From Eledone cirrhosa (lineage: Eukaryota), in assembly GCA_964016885.1 (NCBI GenBank), contig OZ024756.1, forward strand, positions 31,186,001 to 31,250,000: DNA of 64,000 nucleotides. Direction: 5' to 3'. Shown piece after piece: positions 1 to 14,557 of this stretch (within the stretch, counting starts at the first letter, position 1; each line of letters starts with the position of its first letter). Both the position numbers and the translations under genes were made by a program. The notes beneath the pieces are model-generated. The model did no database searches. It was not told where the DNA came from and saw only the letters and a program-made list of their open reading frames with translations.

Positions 1-175
1 TTAGGCACAAGGCCAGCAAATTACCCAGTACATTACTGGTACTTTATTTTATCGACCCCGTAAGGATGAAAGGCAAAGTTAACCTCGGCGGGATTTGAAC
101 TCAGACTGTAAAGGGACGTAACTATGCTAGAAAGCATGGCGTCCAACCCTCTACCGATACTGCCAATTCACCGCC
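1..175 (-). mobile_element. tRNA-derived SINE family 1 (Nin/Deu-like core), near full length
   Basis: Reverse complement of the ~190 bp consensus seen about 10 times in the window: GGCGGTGGATTGGCAGTATCGG (A box) ... GAGTTCAAATCCCGCC (B box) ... GCCTTTCATCCTTACGGGGTCGATAAAATAAAGTACCAG core. Confidence 0.9.
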
Positions 176-579
176 CTGTAGGCGAAATAATGCAATGGTT
201 TAATAGGGAAGATATAACTTACGAATTATGTCTCTAACCGTGTAACGCTTTTTAAGTAGATAACTACAATTGAAAATACTAAAGAAATGGAACCAACAAT
301 TCAATTTGAAAGTCGTCTAGTGACAGTGTATTACTGGTACTTTATTTTATCGACCCCGTAACGATGAAAGGCAAAAATGCAAATGCTTAAAATTTAAATT
401 GCCTTAATTCTATCGTCTGCTGTTTCATTAAAGGGAGATTATCGTCTGTATTTAATTCTATCGTCTACTGTTCCACTAAACAGATATACCTCCACTATCG
501 TCTCTATTTATACATTTTAACTTATAACTTATACACATTTGATTTGAAATATTTTATCTAGTCCCCCCTCTCAATATTA

Positions 580-630
580 TGATGATTTCTTTCGAATGAA
601 ACAGTTCTAGTCCTGTAGAAGCCATTTATA
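580..630 (+). mobile_element. Hammerhead-bearing Penelope-like terminal fragment, family A (truncated)
   Basis: TGATGATTTCTTTCGAATGAAACAGTTCTAGTCCTGTAGAAGCC matches 3040-3085 and runs into (TA)n. Confidence 0.7.
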
Positions 631-1305
631 TATATAATTGAACTGAGTTAAAAATTCACAATATTTATAATTAAATAAGCTCATATATATATGTGTGTAT
701 TTATCTGTTTATTGTATTATATATAATGTGTGTATATACAGGATGTCCCCCAAAAATATATACACACTTCAACAGCATTCTAATAACTATTGCCTGTACA
801 GGTAATCAAAGTGTCAATCGAATGTTAGTTTCGTGTTTTAACAGTACAAATTTACAATACACACATAAAACCAGTGTATATACATACATGAGTGTGTATA
901 CACATACATGAATGTGTATATACAATATATATGTATATATATATATAGACACATGTATTCACGGTGCAACGGTACATTAAAATATAGATGCGGGAGAGGG
1001 GGTGTATATATAGGGGCGCTGGGGATAAAGGAGTGTAAAGCGTGTGTAATTGATATATTGAAGGAGAGGAGCGTGCAGCGATAGAGTAACAAATATATAG
1101 AGAGGGGCAGAGATGGTATTGAAGGGGAGGAGTGCAAAGCGAAAGAGTAAGAGATATAAATAGAGACGGAACAGATAGAGAGAAACAGGCGTAAGTAACA
1201 GTGGAAGAGATATAGAGAGAGGTACTCTGATTGGTTGAAAATTAGCCAATCACATACGATCACCACCACGGCTATCCCCGAAAAATTTTTAAAGAAGCTA
1301 GGCAT

Positions 1306-1363
1306 ATATGTTAGAACACGAAAAGTGAACATTCTGTGTTTCACACTTTTCGTGTTCTAACAG
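1306..1363. repeat. Hairpin element abutting (TA)n with a hammerhead 3' half in its loop
   Basis: TGTTAGAACACGAAAAGTG / CACTTTTCGTGTTCTAACA arms; the minus strand of the loop reads GAAACA-cagaa-TGT-T. Confidence 0.6.
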
Positions 1364-1404
1364 ATATATATATATTTGTGTGTGTGTGTGAGTGTGTATA
1401 AATA

Positions 1405-1466
<62 letters not shown>

Positions 1467-1624
1467 TATATATATATATATATATATTAATATATGTATA
1501 TATTATAATTATATAATTATATATACATGTATATATAAAATACTGTATATATATATATATATGTAAAGAGAGACAGTGAGGGAGAGTAAGAGATAGAGAG
1601 TGAGTGAAAGAGATAGAAGAGAGG

Positions 1625-1696
<72 letters not shown>

Positions 1697-1719
1697 TAGA
1701 GAGAGAGAGAGACAGAGAG

Positions 1720-1782
<63 letters not shown>

Positions 1783-2206
1783 ATTAATCACATGAAATCT
1801 AAATATATTAATAATGGAATAAAATGGCAATATTAAATCGAAAATAATTTTGTTTCAATTAAAATATATTACATACTTCAGTGATATTTCAATTGACAAC
1901 AAAAGGCGCTCAATATGTTTAATAATTCAATTCTGATATAATATAATGGCGAGTGCAGTAACAAGTTTAGGCGATAAAAACCTAAACAGGAAACGCTAAA
2001 TTTAGGTAATAAAAGAGTTAATTTCATTTTTCCGATTCTTGTTAAAAATGTTGGACTTATTTTGAATTTGAATTTTTGTTTCTTATTTGAATTAAATGCA
2101 GTCATTAATGGAAAGTATTTTTATTAATGATAATATCATTATTATTATCATAGACCATTATTATTATCATTATTGTTATTATTATTATTTTTATTATTAT
2201 TATTAT

Positions 2207-2256
<50 letters not shown>

Positions 2257-2285
2257 AGTAGTAGTAGTAGTAGTAGTATCATTAC

Positions 2286-2345
<60 letters not shown>

Positions 2346-2869
2346 CAATAAAGAAATCATTATTGATATTGCAATAATTGTTATTAATATTATTTTTTTT
2401 TAATTTGTATTATTAATTTGTATTATTATTGCTGTTGTTGTTAGTGTTGTATCATTATCATTCGTTTAGCGCATATCAGCAAATTTTGAGGCACAAGAAT
2501 TTGAGTATATGGAATTTTGAGAGTGGTATATATGCTTAACTATTTATACACACATGTATGTATCTACAACTTTTCTGCTTTGTATGCATATTATAAATTG
2601 CAAAAAGGGTATGTGTGCATGAAAGTATGTTTAATTAGATATAAGTGACGTATATTTATTTTTACATGTGTATATATATACTGTATATATATATATATAT
2701 ATATAAAACAGGAAAGTTAACCAGGAATCTTTAAAAATCTTCCCACCGAAGTTAAGAAAGAACTTACTGGATCTACAAAAAAAAGCAAGTTGTATAATCA
2801 TAATTAAATCAAATTGTTTAGAACTACAGGTGAAGTCATTCTTTTCCTTTTTTTAAATATATATATATA

Positions 2870-3100
2870 CGTTATTCCAGGTTGAATCGGAGGTAACCAC
2901 AGTAAGTAAGGTACTCAATACATAGCAGAGTATAAAAGTTTTAATATAGATGAGATTCTACAGGACTAGATCTGTTTCATTCTTTAGAAATCATCAGGAA
3001 TCTGGCTTTCCGAACATTTATTTTTGGAAAGCCAGATTCCTGATGATTTCTAAAGAATGAAACAGTTCTAGTCCTGTAGAATCTCATCTATATTAAAACT
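2870..3100 (-). mobile_element. Penelope-like hairpin mini-element, family A (74 bp arms plus ~65 bp tail)
   Basis: Arms 2937-3011 and 3026-3100 are near-perfect inverted repeats; tail 2870-2936; (TA)n on both sides. Confidence 0.85.
3034..3084 (+). ncRNA. Type I hammerhead ribozyme (mirror copy on minus strand 2953-3003)
   Basis: AGATTC-CTGATGA-TTTCTaaAGAAT-GAAA-CAG ttctagtc CTG-TA-GAATCT: intact core, 6 bp helix I, GUA triplet. Confidence 0.85.
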
Positions 3101-3131
3101 ATATATATATATAGTTTTAATATATATATAT

Positions 3132-3243
<112 letters not shown>

Positions 3244-4153
3244 ATTGTTCCCATGAATAACTGTTAATTATATGTGAGTTCCTTGAGGCCAATAAAATAG
3301 GTTATGACTAACAATTCACATGGATTCATTGATTTTATATTACAATTAAAGCTAACAGATTTTATCTATGGGAATAGAATGACTGTAGAAATAATTCTGT
3401 AGCAATTTTTACAAAATCATACCTAATTTTGCCGCCAGATTTAACCATTTTATTCAATTATTAAATTAAACTATATTTGTGTTAAAGTAGTCTGTAACAT
3501 TTTTATTCATTTCTCGATATAGTATACTTTATATATATTTTACTATTTAAGGGTATTTTTTCTTTCTTATTACGTGACAGTAAATTCAAAATGGTCGAAA
3601 TTTACTATAAGCTAAAATATTATAATCAAGAAAAGAAAGAAAAAACTAAGCCGAACTAGTTGTCGTCTTTTTAAAACTATCCGTAGTTGCATTACGTTAT
3701 TTTACCTTAAGTTCCATGTTTCGTGCATTTCTTGTAAACCACAACTCAATCTAAATTATTTTAACCGATTAGTTTTAGATTTTTCCCTTTATTTTTTTCT
3801 TTTTGCCCTTTTTACTTTTATAGTTTGATTCTACGTGTTCTTTTTTGTTTTGTATTTTGTTGCTTTTTTTCCCCTGCAATCTCTCACGAAACATTCTTTT
3901 CATAGTAACAAATGGTATATTTGCTTTTAGCAAATAAAATTATAGAATATATATCGAGAAACATGTTATATGATATGTTTCTCAATATAGATTGTGTCAT
4001 TTGCAATTTTTTTTAAATACACTAACACATATTTTACTGTATATATTACTTTTAAATATATTTTAGTATATAGCTTACTTTCCTTTATATTTCAGTATTA
4101 TAACTTCTTTCTATATATATAGCCGAAATTCGATCTCGCTGAAATTATATTTA

Positions 4154-4185
<32 letters not shown>

Positions 4186-4186
4186 C

Positions 4187-4229
<43 letters not shown>

Positions 4230-4644
4230 AAGATGTATAACATACTTATATATGTTATTGTATACTTTACTTTTAAATATATTTTAATGTATAACTTACC
4301 AATATATTCCACTCTATAACTTACCACTGTATATATATTTTTTCAGTGCAGGACTTTGAATAGAGTATGTCTGAATGGTTACAAAATCCTTTCTATAACC
4401 ACACGTTCTTGGTTTCAATCCCACTGCATGACAACCTGAGTAAGGGAAATTTCCCAAAGCCTCAGCTGAAGCCAACGTTTGTTAATTAAATTGTGTCGAC
4501 GAAGCCCTGTCTGTGGGAACAAGTCTTTTGTCAAAGATTAGCCGTCGAACATGAAATGCTCCATACGACGTTATATTTCACAATCATTGTTATATTTCCA
4601 AAAAACAGCAAAGCTTGTATATAATTCTTTTACGTCTATTTTTG

Positions 4645-5064
4645 ATTGCAGTTTTACATTTTGATATAATAATTTGATCAACTATGTTATCTTGTTAGAA
4701 AACTTAAATATTGGTCACGATTCTTGCTTACAGCTTTAAAAAAAGCTTTAGGGCTATGTATTTAAATATACGACCACTTTCAGTATTTTCACATAATAGA
4801 AGTGTTAAGCGACATTTAGACTTTAAATCTACATCCTGCTTCTTCTACGTATTCAATAAATCGTATTTATTTGTATTTAAGTCATTCGATTTCAGAATAA
4901 ACTTTTTTAGTCATTTTGTTATCCTATTTCTAAAGAAAGAAACTGGCTATGGTTTATGTTTTATGAATACCACTTAGCTATTGTATGGGGCAATAGATAA
5001 AAAAAAAGATCCTTACATACAATTATGATTGGATGTTTCTAGATAAATATTAACACTTGTTAGG

Positions 5065-5096
<32 letters not shown>

Positions 5097-5585
5097 AACA
5101 GCTTTATATATATATATATAAACAGCTTTTATATATATATATATATGTGTGTATATATATAAACAGCTTATATATATAGTATATATATATATATATATTA
5201 TATATATATATATATTATATATATAAACAGCTTTTGTTAAACTTGAGGATGGCCATCTTTCCAATTTACCAATACAAACATACACACTATTTGACTATCA
5301 ATTCAGTTATTGGTTATCCCTGTTCACAGAATGTGTGACGAAAGAACTTTGACAAAATAGCCTATAATTGATTTACTGAATAAGTAGAAAAAGCGTTACG
5401 TAGATCTAAAATCTAAATCTCGCTTAACACTGCTACTAGGTTAAAATGCTGGAGGTGGCTTTATATTAAAATGCATAGCCCTAAAGATGTTTAAAGCTGT
5501 AAGCAAGGATTTTTACCATTATTTCGGTTTTCTAACAAGAAAGCATATTTGATCAAAATATTATTTGAAAATGTAAAACCGCTGT
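4645..5585. repeat. Old diverged long inverted repeat (arms about 4645-4865 and 5370-5585)
   Basis: For example CTTGCTTACAGCTTTAAA / TTTAAAGCTGTAAGCAAG, CTTTAGGGCTATG / CATAGCCCTAAAG and GTGTTAAGCGA / TCGCTTAACAC, all in mirrored order. Confidence 0.75.
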
Positions 5586-5664
5586 CAGAAATAACTGCAA
5601 AAACCGAAATGAAAATCGGGCTGTTTGTGTTTTTAATGTGCAAAATTGGCAAACTCCTCTGATC

Positions 5665-5756
<92 letters not shown>

Positions 5757-5765
5757 ATGCGTTCT

Positions 5766-6255
5766 ATTTGTGGTTATATCTTAACCAACAAATATTTTAC
5801 TATGCAAATAGTATACAGCTGGTAACGGCTACCTTTCGTGGCGACAATACTCAAATTTTACGAATATTCATATTATTATGTTTAACCCCACGATTTTCCA
5901 TCAAGAATCTTGCAAAACAAATACATATACTTAAAAACAACTTATCTGAAAATTAGTTTCCGGGGGCTTGATATCAGAAAGGTTATTCGGCATTGGTTAT
6001 TTATTTGTCATTATAAATTTACACTGTTGATTACTTCTGTTATACGAATGTGGAAAATTCCTCTTAGAATGTTTAATCTGAAGTAACAAATTCTTCAATT
6101 ACTACTAACATCTCATTTGTGGTTATATCTTAACCAAAAATCATTTTACTATGCAAATAGTATACAGATAGTAACGGTTACCTTTCGTGCCGAGAATACG
6201 CCAATTTTACGGATATGTAAATAGTATGATCAGTTTCAACCCACGATTTTCCATT
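5766..6255 (+). repeat. Direct duplication of ~135 bp (5766-5900 and 6116-6255)
   Basis: Both copies begin ATTTGTGGTTATATCTTAACCAA and end AACCCCACGATTTTCCAT or its close variant. Confidence 0.8.
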
Positions 6256-6789
6256 GATAACATCGATGAACTGAGAAATGTCATGCTCGACCAGGACGAT
6301 TGGAGAAAGCGTGCTGATTCTTCAGTCGAGGTGAAGTGAGGTTATTGACTAAGAGTCTATAAATGGCGATTTTATGGCAGACCAGCAGTTACCCGAGATG
6401 GCCATTTCCCCGCTCTATACCAACAGTGGCTTCGAAGAGAAAACCAAAGGGTGATACGGTTGGGTATCAGTAATGCCGAAACTCATATTTTCCCAACTAA
6501 GTGGACAGCAGCAACCTACAATAAAGTGTCTTTCGCAACGGAACAATGCGCCGTTCACTCTGAGAATCTAACTCACAATTTTATAATCATAAGTACAGCA
6601 CAAGGGTTCGTTTGACGTCAGTTGTACGAGATACAGTGACGTTAGTGAAGCAGAAGAAAAGATCTAAAGTTTAATAGACGAAACGTTACTCTATACTAAA
6701 GTGATTTGGTCATACAGAGATATATATAAAGGTACAGGCATATGCACCCCGACATCCGCACATATATTTACAGATAGGTATATATATAT

Positions 6790-6841
<52 letters not shown>

Positions 6842-6859
6842 AGTGTATATGTATGTGTG

Positions 6860-6999
<140 letters not shown>

Positions 7000-7013
7000 T
7001 GGTATATATATAC

Positions 7014-7062
<49 letters not shown>

Positions 7063-7125
7063 AGTGTATATGTATGTGTGTATATATGTGTGTATATATA
7101 TATACATATATGTATATATATATAT

Positions 7126-7468
<343 letters not shown>

Positions 7469-7560
7469 TACAGACACGCAAATTCATTGAGCCACAAAGT
7501 GACCAGTTGCAAAACACGTATATGTATATGTATATGTATGTATATATATATATATGTAAA

Positions 7561-7610
<50 letters not shown>

Positions 7611-8547
7611 CAATGATGTGTATTTAAATGAAAGCTGACAGCTTGTCGTTTCCTGACGGTTTCACGGTTTGTGACATGACGTAAGGTCTGATAGCATGTG
7701 ACACATACTAACACGGTATTATGGTCTGCGCAGACACTTCGATAAATAAATTCATTAGGAAAGAAATCGATACCTTTTCTCTTTCGATAGGTATGTGTAT
7801 GTGTTTGTGTGTTTCTGTGTGTATGCGTCTGTGTATATATAAGTGCGTGTGTGTGTGTCTGCATGTGTGTGTGTGGGGGGGGGGGGGCAGGGTGCATGTG
7901 AGTATGTGTGTGTGTATGTGTTGGTTTGTGTATGCGTGCGTGTGTGTGTGTGAATTTGCGTGTCTATGTTTGTGGGAGATAGACAGTGTGTGTGAGTGTG
8001 AGTGAGTATGTGATTGTTCGTATGCGTGTGTGCGTATTTGTGTGTGTGAGTGTGTGCGTGTGGGTGTGTGCGTGTGTGTGTGTGTATGTGTGTGTGTGAA
8101 TTTTATGAGTCTGTGTCTGTGGGAGATAGTGAGAGAGAAGACAGTGTGTGTTTGTTTGTATGCGTTTGTGTGTGTGTGTGTGTGTGTCTGTGTGAATGTG
8201 GGTATTGCGTGTGTATGTGTGTATGTGTGTATGTGTGTGTGAATTTACGTGTCAATGTTTGTGGGAGATAGAGAGAGAAAACAGTGAATGTGAGTGAGTA
8301 TGTGTTTCTTTGTATGCGTGTGTGTGTGTGTGTGAGTGTGTGCGTGAGTGTAGATATTTGTGTAGGTATGTGTGTGCATGTGTGTATATGTGTATGGATG
8401 TTATGTGTTTGTGTTTGTGAGAGATAGAGTGAGTAATAGAGTGTGTGATAGTGTGTGTGAGTGTGTATGCCTGTGTTTGCATGTGAGTGTGTGTGTGAGA
8501 GTGAGTTAGAATATATGTGTGTAAGTGTGTGACAGTGTGCGTGTGTC

Positions 8548-8638
<91 letters not shown>

Positions 8639-8903
8639 TTATATACAATATGAGAATAACATTCGGTAAATGTTGTTTGACGTAAGACTTCCGTCAAGCA
8701 ATACAATCTATTATCTGATACACACATACATACATACATACACACATACATACATACATACATACATACATACATACATACATACACACACACATACATA
8801 CATACATACATACATACATACATACATACATGATGGCTGCCCCCTCGTTATCGAGTATGGCCATTGCACAATAAAAAAAAAAAAATAAATAAATAAAAAA
8901 AAA

Positions 8904-8942
<39 letters not shown>

Positions 8943-8987
8943 AAAAAAAATAAAAAAAAATAAAAATTAAAAAAAAAAAAAAAAAAA

Positions 8988-9039
<52 letters not shown>

Positions 9040-9194
9040 ATACATACATACATACATACATACGTATAAACACACAAAGGCTCGCACTCATACAAGGGCA
9101 TATATATATATACCCAAATACACTTATATTTACATATACATACACACTCACATACTCATATATGTATATATATGTATATGTGTATATGTATATA

Positions 9195-9296
<102 letters not shown>

Positions 9297-9359
9297 TACG
9301 CATATATGAATATGTATATATATATACACATATATATATATGCATATGTATATACATAC

Positions 9360-9441
<82 letters not shown>

Positions 9442-9499
9442 ATTGATGTATATATATATATGTATATTGATGTATTAAAGGATTCTTTGTTTTACTCTC

Positions 9500-9580
<81 letters not shown>

Positions 9581-10717
9581 ATACTAAATACTAAATACTA
9601 AATACTAAATACAAAATATACAAAATATACAAAACCAAAAAGGAAATAGCTGACAGTTCGTAACTCTTCAAATAAAAGTTGTTTGTTTGGGTTGTCAAGA
9701 CAACAATTTACAAGTTTTGTAAAATAATAGTCTTCATAACTGTCTGGTGTAGGTGTCACGTGTTCGTTTACGGCTGTCGTCATCACTTACTCACATGACA
9801 TCACTTCAGTCAGGATTGTTTTCACTTCAGACTTTTCTGGAATTCTGTTGCTGAAACGTTTTGATGGGTTGTTGTCGATGGTTCTATAGATATTAGTTGT
9901 AATAATGGTGGTGGTGGTGAGAAGAGAGACAGATAAATAGAGACAGCCGATACACACACACACACACACACACACACACGCGCGCGCACACACACGGTTG
10001 TCTCTATTTCTCTGTCTCTCTTTCTCTCTCTCTCTGTATTCTCTCGAAGTCACCAGCATTTAGACCAAAACCGAGATAATGTCTGCAAGATCAAAATGCC
10101 CAAAATATGCTGCATACCACAGCGTTGCCCCTACGGTTCCATCAGAAGTTATGTGCCTATAGCCGGATAGATAGATACATTATTTGTCGCATGAGACCCA
10201 TGCCATAGAGATAGATTTTCTTGAAAGTGTGCCAGCATGAACTGATACGTGACGCTGATTGGCTGATTTAGAAATACAATTCCCTACACGAATTATCCCC
10301 TTCCCAATGTTAGCATTTAACATATAATTACGTCGTTATTTCTGAACCAAACAGAAAAGACATAGTAAACTTTTGAATTTTTCCTTCATGAAAAGTGCTT
10401 TTCAACCACGAAATATTGAAATATAAGACAGTAATGTAAACACCATTGTTTGCATTGTTCCTGTTTCGCTTTTGTCTTCGCTCATTTAATTCCAGCTTAC
10501 ATTGGTTTTGGATTTTGTAAACGTTTATAAATGTATATATCTGTGTATATATGCGTGCGTAGGTTTGTATCGCTTTCTCTCTTTCTCTTTCCCTTTCTCT
10601 CTCTCTCTCTTTCTTTATTTATTTCTCTCTCTCACTATATATATATTCGTATATATGCATATATATATACACACACATACAAACACCCCAACACACACAC
10701 ACACACATATATATATT

Positions 10718-10752
<35 letters not shown>

Positions 10753-10916
10753 GTATATATATATGTATATATATATAAATTTATACATATATGTATATAT
10801 ATGTATATTAATTTATTTATTTAAAAAAAGAAAGGCAGATATTTGATAGATTCATAGACTAAGTTATAAAAGCGTATATATATATATATATATACAGTGT
10901 GATAAAATCTAAAAGC

Positions 10917-10958
<42 letters not shown>

Positions 10959-11457
10959 AGTCTATAGAAACATTGTAAGCATTGTTTTATTATTATATGA
11001 TTATATAAACAATACTTTTGTTACAGGAAAACCATATTGCTGCGTATTGAAATGGTAGACGTTTAGTATTCAATAGTTGTTAGTATTGTTAACACGCAAC
11101 AACACGTGATATAACACACATATTTACATAGAATACACAAGTATTTACATAATTTTCTAAAATATTTACATAATAAACACATGAAGGAAAGTGAAAAATA
11201 ATCCCCACGCCAAAACACACAAGTGAACAGATTCAAATGTTGTTTTTTCTTGTTAGATATAAACATTAAAAGGAACGAGATATATATTTTATAAAATAAT
11301 TAGAATTTACTTTTTTAAAAGAACGAGATGAAACAAATGAATATGTGTGTGTGTGTGTGTGTGTTTGCGTATGTGTATTTATATATATATATATATATAT
11401 GTACATATATATGTATGTGTATATGTGTGTGTTTTATATATGTAATATAACATTGTA

Positions 11458-11506
<49 letters not shown>

Positions 11507-11653
11507 CATACTTCCACATAAATATATATATGTATATATATATATATATATATCATCATCATAATGCCAATAATAATAATATCATTGGCACAAGGACAGC
11601 AATTATCCCAGTCCATTACTGGTTGTTTACTTTATCGACCCCTTATCGGAAGA

Positions 11654-11696
<43 letters not shown>

Positions 11697-11699
<3 letters not shown>

Positions 11700-11938
11700 T
11701 CGTTGACAAGTATATTAATTTGCAGACACACAGCTATATTTCCCCTGGTATGACAGCGTGGTTTTAGCTCAATTTAGGATAACTAGTATACTACAGAGCC
11801 GTTATAAGTTTAGGAATACGCAACCTTTGATATATTTTTGTTTATAAGCTCCGATGATTCCTGCCCTAGAGTATGGATGAAACACTGTTAGCAAATAAAA
11901 CAATGTATTTCTAAGCACTCTTTGGTTATTCCTAAACT

Positions 11939-11942
<4 letters not shown>
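11697..11942. mobile_element. Penelope-like element, family C, with variant hammerhead at 11848-11892
   Basis: GCT-CCGATGA-TTCC..GGAT-GAAA-CACTG-TT-AGC followed by AATAAA; 16 bp inverted terminus TATAAGTTTAGGAATA / TATTCCTAAACTTATA; (TA)n flanks. Confidence 0.55.
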
Positions 11943-11970
<28 letters not shown>

Positions 11971-11971
11971 A

Positions 11972-12804
11972 TATTAAGCATACTATTTATAGTTATGTAT
12001 ATTTTAAACTATAAACAGGTAAGGTCAGTAATTTATTACTAACTTATTAGCAGTAAGATAAATAGCTCAATGTAATAACATCAGTTGTTCTACAGACCAG
12101 TTATATAGAATTCACAAGAATCAAAGCTATGTTCAAAGCATTTATTCACTTACAATTGTTTCATCCAAACCTTGGCTTGGTGTCTTCGGAGCATTTTTCT
12201 ATTTTTCAGAATTCTGAATGTGAAATTGGTGGTGGATGCGAAAACTATAACTTTCTTTTTCTTTTTCTTTTTCTTTTTCTTTTTCTTTTTCTTTTTCTTT
12301 TTCTTTTTCTTTTTCTTTTTCTTTTTCTTTTTCTGCACACATACTTTTTTTATCTATACAAAAAATACCCTACCACTACAACCACCATAATACTCTTGCT
12401 TACCTGCTTAAAGTGCTTGCATTACATGTAACACCTTGCCACACAATAATCGTATATAAATGAGACACACTTGCATGCTCCATGTGTAACTAACGCATAC
12501 ACTACCTACTAGATCTGATTATCAAACTATCCTCTTGCATTATCTGTGTTATCTGCCGAATGTATTTAATATTTAAATTTTAATTTTGATTTTGATTTTG
12601 AATTTGAATTGCTGTAAAAATATATTATAGTATAATATATGTCACTCCACTGTACATCAATATATATATATGTCTCTTGCGTTGGATAGGAGGTCAATTA
12701 TATGTACAAACATTGAAAAATGGTCCTAAGACACCAAGTCTAGGTTTGGATGAAACAATTGTAAGTAAATAAATGCTTTGAACATAGCTTTGATTCTTGT
12801 GAAT

Positions 12805-12808
<4 letters not shown>
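11972..12808 (-). mobile_element. Penelope-like element, family D, with ~100 bp inverted termini
   Basis: 12107-12200 is the reverse complement of 12715-12808; hammerhead variant CCGAAGA..GAAACAATTGTA at 12148-12192 (minus); tail 11972-12105 matches 44480-44645. Confidence 0.75.
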
Positions 12809-12836
<28 letters not shown>

Positions 12837-13504
12837 AAACACATGAGAAGAAAGAATACTGCGTGGTTGCACATGGGTTACATATGACAAAAATAGTCCT
12901 TCGTCAGTGATTTTCCAACCTTCATTGGTATTTCATCGCTTTAAAAATCATATACCTCCGGTTGGTGCGAGCAATAGCTAAATAAAGCTATTGGGACAAG
13001 TAAACAACAAGGAAGGATAGCAACGCAAAGATAGGAAAAGTATATATATATATATATTACTGGCCTCGCAAAATTTCTCATGCCCAGAGGACCAATTGGA
13101 CTTTTGGTGCCCCTTCCTCATATTTACTGTCCTACTGCCCTTGCTAACCTTTGGCTAGAATCCAACCATCCGTTTCTGCTTTTATCCCAGAGTTTGAGCG
13201 CCATTATTGATTTCACTCTGGCTTACATCTCTGTCGAGCCTTGGGGTGTATTGACCATGGAGTGGTTTTTTTGCGCTTTATCTTCATTATATTTAGTCGG
13301 AGTACTTGTATATGTATTTGATTGTGTATATGTGTGTGTGTGTGCGGGAGTATGTTTGTTTACGTGTGTGGATACTTCTATGGTCTTTGTCTATATGTGG
13401 ATGACTCAACATCTGTGTCATTGTCTATGTGTGTGTGTGTGTGATTATATGTGCGTGGTTGTGTATCTGTGTATGATTACTTTTGCGTCATTGTTTTAGT
13501 CTGA

Positions 13505-13573
<69 letters not shown>

Positions 13574-13639
13574 TTGTTGTGTCTCCCTATATATATATAG
13601 ATATATAGATATATATAGATATATAGATATATGTATATA

Positions 13640-13836
13640 TAACGAAGGAAGTGTGGTAAGGAACCAGATGGACCATAACGCACCTGAGTACTCAATACTT
13701 AGGGTAGTAGAGTGGGTAATAGGAAAATGTTTAACCCTGACGGCAGAGCTCAGCCCGTTTCGACGGCTATTTCCGGAGTCCAGAAATAGCCGTCGAAAGA
13801 GCTTGAGCTCTGCCGTCGGGGTTAAACATTTTCCTA
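13640..13836 (-). mobile_element. Penelope-like hairpin mini-element, family B
   Basis: Reverse-oriented homolog of 7176-7369 with (TA)n flanks. Confidence 0.85.
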
Positions 13837-13868
13837 TATATATATATAGGGAGACACAAATTGTTTGC

Positions 13869-13902
<34 letters not shown>

Positions 13903-14557
13903 GCATTTGAAAGGTTGTGTGTGTCTGTGCAATTTTATGTGTGTGTGTGTGTGAATGTTTATGTGTATGACTGCTCGTGTGTATGTGTGTAAAAAGAAGA
14001 AAATAAATAAGGGTAGCTTGAGATAAGGGGTTAATTTAAGTTTCATAAGAAGATATAGAAATAAAATATAATAATAATCTATTATCTGAAAACTATGAAT
14101 AATTATCAAATAGATTTGGTAAAGATTTCCTTTTCTGATGTGTGTGTGAGAGAGAGAATGACATATAGAGTGTGTGTTTATGTGTGTGTATGTGTGTGAG
14201 TGTGTGTGTGATTAAGAATGAATATGTATGTGATTGAATGTGTACACGAGTTTGTGTGAGTGAGTGTGTGTATATGTCTGTATGTATGTGTGTGGGTGTG
14301 TGCATGCGCCCGTCTATGTGTTTGTGACTGAGTGAGTGTGTGTATCTATGTGTGTGTGTGTGATTGAGTACAAATATGACACTGTGTGTGTGTGTGTGTG
14401 TGCGATTGAATGTATACACGCGCTCGTGTGTGTGTGAGAGAGAGAGAGAGTGAGGGTGTGTGTGTGTATGTATGTGTGCGTGTATGTGAAGGCGAGGACA
14501 GTGTGTTACTAAATGTAATTTGTTTACCAGTGTTTCATATCTTCCAATGGCACTTCA

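Noticed and set aside
736-770. TA|CAGGATGTCCCC mariner-like terminus
   Set aside because: No matching opposite TIR or transposase found in the window.
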